64,000 bases of DNA from Auanema rhodensis (lineage: Eukaryota; Animalia; Nematoda). Positions within the stretch are counted from its first letter, which is position 1. The number at the start of each line of letters is the position of its first letter. The notes under the pieces are model-generated. The model did not search any database. It saw only the letters and a list, made by a program, of their open reading frames with translations, and was not told the origin of the DNA. The position numbers and the translations under genes were made by a program. Below, in pieces: positions 52,901 to 64,000 of this stretch. Location of the stretch: the NCBI GenBank assembly GCA_964057225.1, contig OZ059898.1, positions 186,001 through 250,000 of the forward strand, written 5' to 3'.

Positions 52901-55900
52901 ACATTTAATTAGCATAAATTAAAGTTCACGTAAATTTCAAAGTCATGGTTACCATGCACCAATATCAATAAAAATTTGTTTTTAGACTAATATGGACATG
53001 GGGAATCTAATTTTGAAAACCGCATCTCTTTATCTTTCACGTGAAGCGAGTTACATACCAAGTGCACATCACGTGTACATTTAATTAGCATAAATTAAAG
53101 TTCACGTAAAATTCAAAGTCATGGTTACCATGAACCAATATCAATAAAAATTTGTTTTTAGACTAATATGGACATGGGGAATCTAATTTTGAAAACCGCA
53201 TCTCTTTATCTTTCACGTGAAGCGAGTTACATACCAAGTGCACATCACGTGTACATTTAATTAGCATAAATTAAAGTTCACGTAAAATTCAAAGTCATGG
53301 TTACCATGAACCAATATCAATAAAAATTTGTTTTTAGACTAATATGGACATGGGGAATCTAATTTTGAAAACCGCATCTCTTTATCTTTCACGTGAAGCG
53401 AGTTACATACCAAGTGCACATCACGTGTACATTTAATTAGCATAAATTAAAGTTCACGTAAATTTCAAAGTCATGGTTACCATGCACCAATATCAATAAA
53501 AATTTGTTTTTAGACTAATATGGACATGGGGAATCTAATTTTGAAAACCGCATCTCTTTATCTTTCACGTGAAGCGAGTTACATACCAAGTGCACATCAC
53601 GTGTACATTTAATTAGCATAAATTAAAGTTCACGTAAATTTCAAAGTCATGGTTACCATGAACCAATATCAATAAAAATTTGTTTTTAGACTAATATGGA
53701 CATGGGGAATCTAATTTTGAAAACCGCATCTCTTTATCTTTCACGTGAAGCGAGTTACATACCAAGTGCACATCACGTGTACATTTAATTAGCATAAATT
53801 AAAGTTCACGTAAATTTCAAAGTCCTGGTTACCATGCACCAATATCAATAAAAATTTGTTTTTAGACTAATATGGACATGGGGAATCTAATTTTGAAAAC
53901 CGCATCTCTTTATCTTTCACGTGAAGCGAGTTACATACCAAGTGCACATAACGTGTACATTTAATTAGCATAAATTAAAGTTCACGTAAATTTCAAAGTC
54001 ATGGTTACCATGAACCAATATCAATAAAAATTTGTTTTTAGACTAATATGGACATGGGAAATCTAATTTTGAAAACCGCATCTCTTTATCTTTCACGTGA
54101 AGCGAGTTACATACCAAGTGCACATCACGTGTACATTTAATTAGCATAAATTAAAGTTCACGTAAATTTCAAAGTCATGGTTACCATGCACCAATATCAA
54201 TAAAAATTTGTTTTTAGACTAATATGGACATGGGGAATCTAATTTTGAAAACCGCATCTCTTTATCTTTCACGTGAAGCGAGTTACATACCAAGTGCACA
54301 TCACGTGTACATTTAATTAGCATAAATTAAAGTTCACGTAAATTTCAAAGTCATGGTTACCATGCACCAATATCAATAAAAATTTGTTTTTAGACTAATA
54401 TGGACATGGGGAATCTAATTTTGAAAACCGCTTCTCTTTATCTTTCACGTGAAGCGAGTTACATACCAAGTGCACATCACGTGTACATTTAATTAGCATA
54501 AATTAAAGTTCACGTAAATTTCAAAGTCATGGTTACCATGCACCAATATCAATAAAAATTTGTTTTTAGACTAATATGGACATGGGGAATCTAATTTTGA
54601 AAACCGCATCTCTTTATCTTTCACGTGAAGCGAGTTACATACCAAGTGCACATCACGTGTACATTTAATTAGCATAAATTAAAGTTCACGTAAATTTCAA
54701 AGTCATGGTTACCATGCACCAATATCAATAAAAATTTGTTTTTAGACTAATATGGACATGGGGGATCTAATTTTGAAAACCGCATCTCTTTATCTTTCAC
54801 GTGAAGCGAGTTACATACCAAGTGCACATCACGTGTACATTTAATTAGCATAAATTAAAGTTCACGTAAATTTCAAAGTCATGGTTACCATGAACCAATA
54901 TCAATAAAAATTTGTTTTTAGACTAATATGGACATGGGTAATCTAATTTTGAAAACCGCATCTCTTTATCTTTCACGTGAAGCGAGTTACATACCAAATG
55001 CACATCACGTGTACATTTAATTAGCATAAATTAAAGTTCACGTAAATTTCAAAGTCATGGTTACCATGCACCAATATCAATAAAAATTTGTTTTTAGACT
55101 AATATGGACATGGGGAATCTAATTTTGAAAACCGCATCTCTTTATCTTTCACGTGAAGCGAGTTACATACCAAGTGCACATCACGTGTACATTTAATTAG
55201 CATAAATTAAAGTTCACGTAAAATTCAAAGTCATGGTTACCATGAACCAATATCAATAAAAATTTGTTTTTAGACTAATATGGACATGGGGAATCTAATT
55301 TTGAAAACCGCATCTCTTTATCTTTCACGTGAAGCGAGTTACATACCAAGTGCACATCACGTGTACATTTAATTAGCATAAATTAAAGTTCACGTAAAAT
55401 TCAAAGTCATGGTTACCATGCACCAATATCAATAAAAATTTGTTTTTAGACTAATATGGACATGGGGAATCTAATTTTGAAAACCGCATCTCTTTATCTT
55501 TCACGTGAAGCGAGTTACATACCAAGTGCACATCACGTGTACATTTAATTAGCATAAATTAAAGTTCACGTAAATTTCAAAGTCATGGTTACCATGCACC
55601 AATATCAATAAAAATTTGTTTTTAGACTAATATGGACATGGGGAATCTAATTTTGAAAACCGCATCTCTTTATCTTTCACGTGAAGCGAGTTACATACCA
55701 AGTGCACATCACGTGTACATTTAATTAGCATAAATTAAAGTTCACGTAAATTTCAAAGTCATGGTTACCATGAACCAATATCAATAAAAATTTGTTTTTA
55801 GACTAATATGGACATGGGGAATCTAATTTTGAAAACCGCATCTCTTTATCTTTCACGTGAAGCGAGTTACATACCAAGTGCACATCACGTGTACATTTAA

Positions 55901-58900
55901 TTAGCATAAATTAAAGTTCACGTAAATTTCAAAGTCCTGGTTACCATGCACCAATATCAATAAAAATTTGTTTTTAGACTAATATGGACATGGGGAATCT
56001 AATTTTGAAAACCGCATCTCTTTATCTTTCACGTGAAGCGAGTTACATACCAAGTGCACATCACGTGTACATTTAATTAGCATAAATTAAAGTTCACGTA
56101 AATTTCAAAGTCATGGTTACCATGAACCAATATCAATAAAAATTTGTTTTTAGACTAATATGGACATGGGAAATCTAATTTTGAAAACCGCATCTCTTTA
56201 TCTTTCACGTGAAGCGAGTTACATACCAAGTGCACATCACGTGTACATTTAATTAGCATAAATTAAAGTTCACGTAAATTTCAAAGTCATGGTTACCATG
56301 CACCAATATCAATAAAAATTTGTTTTTAGACTAATATGGACATGGGGAATCTAATTTTGAAAACCGCATCTCTTTATCTTTCACGTGAAGCGAGTTACAT
56401 ACCAAGTGCACATCACGTGTACATTTAATTAGCATAAATTAAAGTTCACGTAAATTTCAAAGTCATGGTTACCATGCACCAATATCAATAAAAATTTGTT
56501 TTTAGACTAATATGGACATGGGGAATCTAATTTTGAAAACCGCATCTCTTTATCTTTCACGTGAAGCGAGTTACATACCAAGTGCACATCACGTGTACAT
56601 TTAATTCGCATAAATTAAAGTTCACGTAAATTTCAAAGTCATGGTTACCATGAACCAATATCAATAAAAATTTGTTTTTAGACTAATATGGACATGGGGA
56701 ATCTAATTTTGAAAACCGCATCTCTTTATCTTTCACGTGAAGCGAGTTACATACCAAGTGCACATCACGTGTACATTTAATTAGCATAAATTAAAGTTCA
56801 CGTAAATTTCAAAGTCATGGTTACCATGAACCAATATCAATAAAAATTTGTTTTTAGACTAATATGGACATGGGGAATCTAATTTTGAAAACCGCTTCTC
56901 TTTATCTTTCACGTGAAGCGAGTTACATACCAAGTGCACATCACGTGTACATTTAATTAGCATAAATTAAAGTTCACGTAAATTTCAAAGTCATGGTTAC
57001 CATGCACCAATATCAATAAAAATTTGTTTTTAGACTAATATGGACATGAAGAATCTAATTTTGAAAACCGCATCTCTTTATCTTTCACGTGAAGCGAGTT
57101 ACATACCAAGTGCACATCACGTGTACATTTAATTAGCATAAATTAAAGTTCACGTAAATTTCAAAGTCATGGTTACCATGAACCAATATCAATAAAAATT
57201 TGTTTTTAGACTAATATGGACATGGGGAATCTAATTTTGAAAACCGCATCTCTTTATCTTTCACGTGAAGCGAGTTACATACCAAGTGCACATCACGTGT
57301 ACATTTAATTAGCATAAATTAAAGTTCACGTAAATTTCAAAGTCATGGTTACCATGAACCAATATCAATAAAAATTTGTTTTTAGACTAATATGGACATG
57401 GGGAATCTAATTTTGAAAACCGCATCTCTTTATCTTTCACGTGAAGCGAGTTACATACCAAGTGCACATCACGTGTACATTTAATTAGCATAAATTAAAG
57501 TTCACGTAAATTTCAAAGTCATGGTTACCATGAACCAATATCAATAAAAATTTGTTTTTAGACTAATATGGACATGGGGAATCTAATTTTGAAAACCGCA
57601 TCTCTTTATCTTTCACGTGAAGCGAGTTACATACCAAGTGCACATCACGTGTACATTTAATTAGCATAAATTAAAGTTCACGTAAATTTCAAAGTCATGG
57701 TTACCATGAACCAATATCAATAAAAATTTGTTTTTAGACTAATATGGACATGGGGAATCTAATTTTGAAAACCGCATCTCTTTATCTTTCACGTGAAGCG
57801 AGTTACATACCAAGTGCACATCACGTGTACATTTAATTAGCATAAATTAAAGTTCACGTAAATTTCAAAGTCATGGTTACCATGAAGCAATATCAATAAA
57901 AATTTGTTTTTAGACTAATATGGACATGGGGAATCTAATTTTGAAAACCGCTTCTCTTTATCTTTCACGTGAAGCGAGTTACATACCAAGTGCACATCAC
58001 GTGTACATTTAATTAGCATAAATTAAAGTTCACGTAAATTTCAAAGTCATGGTTACCATGCACCAATATCAATAAAAATTTGTTTTTAGACTAATATGGA
58101 CATGAAGAATCTAATTTTGAAAACCGCATCTCTTTATCTTTCACGTGAAGCGAGTTACATACCAAGTGCACATCACGTGTACATTTAATTAGCATAAATT
58201 AAAGTTCACGTAAATTTCAAAGTCATGGTTACCATGAACCAATATCAATAAAAATTTGTTTTTAGACTAATATGGACATGGGGAATCTAATTTTGAAAAC
58301 CGCATCTCTTTATCTTTCACGTGAAGCGAGTTACATACCAAGTGCACATCACGTGTACATTTAATTAGCATAAATTAAAGTTCACGTAAATTTCAAAGTC
58401 ATGGTTACCATGAACCAATATCAATAAAAATTTGTTTTTAGACTAATATGGACATGGGGAATCTAATTTTGAAAACCGCATCTCTTTATCTTTCACGTGA
58501 AGCGAGTTACATACCAAGTGCACATCACGTGTACATTTAATTAGCATAAATTAAAGTTCACGTAAATTTCAAAGTCATGGTTACCATGAACCAATATCAA
58601 TAAAAATTTGTTTTTAGACTAATATGGACATGGGGAATCTAATTTTGAAAACCGCATATCTTTATCTTTCACGTGAAGCGAGTTACATACCAAGTGCACA
58701 TCACGTGTACATTTAATTAGCATAAATTAAAGTTCACGTAAATTTCAAAGTCATGGTTACCATGAAGCAATATCAATAAAAATTTGTTTTTAGACTAATA
58801 TGGACATGGGGAATCTAATTTTGAAAACCGCTTCTCTTTATCTTTCACGTGAAGCGAGTTACATACCAAGTGCACATCACGTGTACATTTAATTAGCATA

Positions 58901-59308
58901 AATTAAAGTTCACGTAAATTTCAAAGTCATGGTTACCATGCACCAATATCAATAAAAATTTGTTTTTAGACTAATATGGACATGGGGAATCTAATTTTGA
59001 AAACCGCATCTCTTTATCTTTCACGTGAAGCGAGTTACATACCAAGTGCACATCACGTGTACATTTAATTAGCATAAATTAAAGTTCACGTAAATTTCAA
59101 AGTCATGGTTACCATGCACCAATATCAATAAAAATTTGTTTTTAGACTAATATGGACATGGGGAATCTAATTTTGAAAACCGCATCTCTTTATCTTTCAC
59201 GTGAAGCGAGTTACATACCAAGTGCACATCACGTGTACATTTAATTAGCATAAATTAAAGTTCACGTAAAATTCAAAGTCATGGTTACCATGCACCAATA
59301 TCAATAAA
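46989..59308. repeat. Variant domain D
   Basis: Diagnostic alleles: A32G, G31T, T139A, T80A+T159C, A52T, A120G, A149C, G29A+G30A. Contains many pure-consensus monomers. Confidence 0.8.
52269..56492. repeat. 12-monomer tandem duplication (2112 bp x2)
   Basis: The order A52T, cons, A32G, G31T, T139A, T139A, cons, C161A, A149C, C161A, G31A, cons occurs at 52269 and again at 54381, with about 4 differences. Confidence 0.85.
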
Positions 59309-59484
59309 AATTTGTTTTTAGACTAATATGGACATGGGGAATCTAATTTTGAAAACCGCATCTCTTTATCTTTCACGTGAAGCGAGTTACATACCAAGTG
59401 CACATCACGTGTACATTTAATTAGCATAAATTAAAGTTCACGTAAATTTCAAAGTCATGGTTACCATGCACCAATATCAATAAA

Positions 59485-62400
59485 AATTTGTTTTTAGACT
59501 AATATGGACATGGGAAATCTAATTTTGAAAACCGCATCTCTTTATCTTTCAAGTGAAGCGAGTTACATACCAAGTGCACATCACGTGTACATTTAATTAG
59601 CATAAATTAAAGTTCACGTAAATTTCAAAGTCATGGTTACCATGCACCAATATCAATAAAAAGTTGTTTTTAGACTAATATGGACATGGGGAATCTAATT
59701 TTGAAAACAGCATCTTTTTATCTTTCACGTGAAGCGAGTTACATACCAAGTGCACATCACGTGTACATTTAATTAGCATAAATTAAAGTTCACGTAAATT
59801 TCAAAGTCATGGTTACCATGCACCAATATCAATAAAAAGTTGTTTTTAGACTAATATGGACATGGGGAATCTAATTTTGAAAACCGCATCTCTTTATCTT
59901 TCACGTGAAGCGAGTTACATACCAAGTGCACATCACGTGTACATTTAATTAGCATAAATTAAAGTTCACGTAAATTTCAAAGTCATGGTTACCATGCACC
60001 AATATCAATAAAAATTTGTTTTTAGACTAATATGGACATGGGAAATCTAATTTTGAAAACCGCATCTCTTTATCTTTCACGTGAAGCGAGTTACATACCA
60101 AGTGCACATCACGTGTACATTTAATTAGCATAAATTAAAGTTCACGTAAATTTCAAAGTCATGGTTACCATGCACCAATATCAATAAAAAGTTGTTTTTA
60201 GACTAATATGGACATGGGGAATCTAATTTTGAAAACCGCATCTCTTTATCTTTCACGTGAAGCGAGTTACATACCAAGTGCACATCACGTGTACATTTAA
60301 TTAGCATAAATTAAAGTTCACGTAAATTTCAAAGTCATGGTTACCATGCACCAATATCAATAAAAAGTTGTTTTTAGACTAATATGGACATGGGGAATCT
60401 AATTTTGAAAACCGCATCTCTTTATCTTTCACGTGAAGCGAGTTACATACCAAGGGCACATCACGTGTACATTTAATTAGCATAAATTAAAGTTCACGTA
60501 AATTTCAAAGTCATGGTTACCATGCACCAATATCAATAAAAATTTGTTTTTAGACTAATATGGACATGGGGAATCTAATTTTGAAAACCGCATCTCTTTA
60601 TCTTTCACGTGAAGCGAGTTACATACCAAGTGCACATCACGTGTACATTTAATTAGCATAAATTAAAGTTCACGTAAATTTCAAAGTCATGGTTACCATG
60701 AACCAATATCAATAAAAATTTGTTTTTAGACTAATATGGACATGGGGAATCTAATTTTGAAAACCGCATCTCTTTATCTTTCACGTGAAGCGAGTTACAT
60801 ACCAAGTGCACATCACGTGTACATTTAATTAGCATAAATTAAAGTTCACGTAAATTTCAAAGTCATGGTTACCATGAACCAATATCAATAAAAATTTGTT
60901 TTTAGACTAATATGGACATGGGGAATCTAATTTTGAAAACCGCATCTCTTTATCTTTCACGTGAAGCGAGTTACATACCAAGTGCACATCACGTGTACAT
61001 TTAATTAGCATAAATTAAAGTTCACGTAAATTTCAAAGTCATGGTTACCATGAACCAATATCAATAAAAATTTGTTTTTAGACTAATATGGACATGGGGA
61101 ATCTAATTTTGAAAACCGCATCTCTTTATCTTTCACGTGAAGCGAGTTACATACCAAGTGCACATCACGTGTACATTTAATTAGCATAAATTAAAGTTCA
61201 CGTAAATTTCAAAGTCATGGTTACCATGCACCAATATCAATAAAAATTTGTTTTTAGACTAATATGGACATGGGGAATCTAATTTTGAAAACCGCATCTC
61301 TTTATCTTTCACGTGAAGCGAGTTACATACCAAGTGCACATCACGTGTACATTTAATTAGCATAAATTAAAGTTCACGTAAATTTCAAAGTCATGGTTAC
61401 CATGCACCAATATCAATAAAAATTTGTTTTTAGACTAATATGGACATGGGGAATCTAATTTTGAAAACCGCATCTCTTTATCTTTCACGTGAAGCGAGTT
61501 ACATACCAAGGGCACATCACGTGTACATTTAATTAGCATAAATTAAAGTTCACGTAAATTTCAAAGTCATGGTTACCATGCACCAATATCAATAAAAATT
61601 TGTTTTTAGACTAATATGGACATGGGGAATCTAATTTTGAAAACCGCATCTCTTTATCTTTCACGTGAAGCGAGTTACATACCAAGTGCACATCACGTGT
61701 ACATTTAATTAGCATAAATTGAAGTTCACGTAAATTTCAAAGTCATGGTTACCATGAACCAATATCAATAAAAATTTGTTTTTAGACTAATATGGACATG
61801 GGGAATCTAATTTTGAAAACCGCATCTCTTTATCTTTCACGTGAAGCGAGTTACATACCAAGGGCACATCACGTGTACATTTAATTAGCATAAATTAAAG
61901 TTCACGTAAATTTCAAAGTCATGGTTACCATGCACCAATATCAATAAAAATTTGTTTTTAGACTAATATGCACATGGGGAATCTAATTTTGAAAACCGCA
62001 TCTCTTTATCTTTCACGTGAAGCGAGTTACATACCAAGTGCACATCACGTGTACATTTAATTAGCATAAATTGAAGTTCACGTAAATTTCAAAGTCATGG
62101 TTACCATGCACCAATATCAATAAAAATTTGTTTTTAGACTAATATGGACATGGGGAATTTAATTTTGAAAACCGTATCTCTTTATCTTTCACGTGAAGCG
62201 AGTTACATACCAAGGGCACATCACGTGTACATTTAATTAGCATAAATTAAAGTTCACGTAAATTTCAAAGTCATGGTTACCATGCACCAATATCAATAAA
62301 AATTTGTTTTTAGACTAATATGGACATGGGGAATCTAATTTTGAAAACCGCATCTCTTTATCTTTCACGTGAAGCGAGTTACATACCAAGTGCACATCAC

Positions 62401-64000
62401 GTGTACATTTAATTAGCATAAATTAAAGTTCACGTAAATTTCAAAGTCATGGTTACCATGCACCAATATCAATAAAAATTTGTTTTTAGACTAATATGGA
62501 CATGGGGAATCTAATTTTGAAAACCGCATCTCTTTATCTTTCACGTGAAGCAAGTTACATACCAAGTGCACATCACGTGTACATTTAATTAGCATAAATT
62601 AAAGTTCACGTAAATTTCAAAGTCATGGTTACCATGCACCAATATCAATAAAAATTTGTTTTTAGACTAATATGGACATGGGGAATCTAATTTTGAAAAC
62701 CGCATCTCTTAATCTTTCACGTGAAGCGAGTTACATACCAAGTGCACATCACGTGTACATTTAATTAGCATAAATTAAAGTTCACGTAAATTTCAAAGTC
62801 ATGGTTACCATGCACCAATATCAATAAAAATTTGTTTTTAGACTAATATGGACATGGGGGATCTAATTTTGGAAACCGCATCTCTTTATCTTTCACGTGA
62901 AGCGAGTTACATACCAAGTGCACATCACGTGTACATTTAATTAGCATAAATTAAAGTTCACGTAATATTCAAAGTCATGGTTACCATGAACCAATATCAA
63001 TAAAAATTTGTTTTTAGACTAATATGGACATGGGGAATCTAATTTTGAAAACCGCATCTCTTTATCTTTCACGTGAAGCGAGTTACATACCAAGGGCACA
63101 TCACGTGTACATTTAATTAGCATAAATTAAAGTTCACGTAAATTTCAAAGTCATGGTTACCATGCACCAATATCAATAAAAATTTGTTTTTAGACTAATA
63201 TGGACATGGGGAATCTAATTTTGAAAACCGCATCTCTTTATCTTTCACGTGAAGCGAGTTACATACCAAGTGCACATCACGTGTACATTTAATTAGCATA
63301 AATTAAAGTTCACGTAAATTTCAAAGTCATGGTTACCATGCACCAATATCAATAAAAATTTGTTTTTAGACTAATATGGACATGGGAAATCTAATTTTGA
63401 AAACCGCATCTCTTTATCTTTCACGTGAAGCGAGTTACATACCAAGTGCACATCACGTGTACATTTAATTAGCATAAATTAAAGTTCACGTAAATTTCAA
63501 AGTCATGGTTACCATGCACCAATATCAATAAAAAGTTGTTTTTAGACTAATATGGACATGGGGAATCTAATTTTGAAAACCGCATCTCTTTATCTTTCAC
63601 GTGAAGCGAGTTACATACCAAGTGCACATCACGTGTACATTTAATTAGCATAAATTAAAGTTCACGTAAATTTCAAAGTCATGGTTACCATGCACCAATA
63701 TCAATAAAAAGTTGTTTTTAGACTAATATGGACATGGGGAATCTAATTTTGAAAACCGCATCTCTTTATCTTTCACGTGAAGCGAGTTACATACCAAGGG
63801 CACATCACGTGTACATTTAATTAGCATAAATTAAAGTTCACGTAAATTTCAAAGTCATGGTTACCATGCACCAATATCAATAAAAATTTGTTTTTAGACT
63901 AATATGGACATGGGGAATCTAATTTTGAAAACCGCATCTCTTTATCTTTCACGTGAAGCGAGTTACATACCAAGTGCACATCACGTGTACATTTAATTAG
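59485..64000. repeat. Variant domain E
   Basis: Diagnostic alleles: T3G (AAAAAGTTG), T91G (CAAGGGCAC), A125G, plus several singletons. Confidence 0.75.

Larger units (their letters stand above)
1..64000. repeat. Tandem satellite DNA array, 176-bp monomer, about 363.7 copies, single orientation; probable centromeric/pericentromeric satellite (family not identified)
   Basis: The unit AATTTGTTTTTAGACTAATATGGACATGGGGAATCTAATTTTGAAAACCGCATCTCTTTATCTTTCACGTGAAGCGAGTTACATACCAAGTGCACATCACGTGTACATTTAATTAGCATAAATTAAAGTTCACGTAAATTTCAAAGTCATGGTTACCATGCACCAATATCAATAAA restarts at 1, 177, 2641 (15x176+1), 10561 (60x176+1) and 63181 (359x176+1-4). The array runs off both ends of the window. The centromeric role is inferred only from unit length and homogeneity. 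Confidence 0.99.

Noticed and set aside
1-64000. CRISPR array or other repeat-spacer system
   Set aside because: There are no unique spacers: the entire 176 bp repeats, and no cas or other genes are present.
1-64000. Variant pattern as an information-bearing code or programmed diversification
   Set aside because: The order of variants is adequately explained by nested tandem duplications plus point mutation, and nothing in the window indicates a dedicated mechanism.

Overview
The whole 64 kb window is one uninterrupted, head-to-tail array of a 176-bp AT-rich satellite (consensus about 32% GC; about 363.7 monomers), with no strand switch, insertion, gene, RNA gene or transposon visible. Monomers usually differ from the consensus by 0-5 substitutions, and only four 1-bp deletions shift the register, all between 10.7 and 19.0 kb. 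The nucleosome-sized unit and very high homogeneity fit a eukaryotic centromeric or pericentromeric satellite, but I cannot assign the family or organism. The structure lies in the variants: (i) about five successive variant domains, (ii) many local higher-order repeats (HORs) of 2-16 monomers, (iii) a short left-domain-type island at about 46 kb suggesting layered expansion, and (iv) a monomer rich in dyad symmetries, with three phased TCACGT motifs, an internal 11-bp duplication and a CENP-B-box-like motif. The single ORF is a by-product of one SNP. I see no support for a protein-coding system. Variants such as C161A use monomer coordinates, with position 1 = window position 1. All variant calls were made by eye and should be confirmed by alignment.
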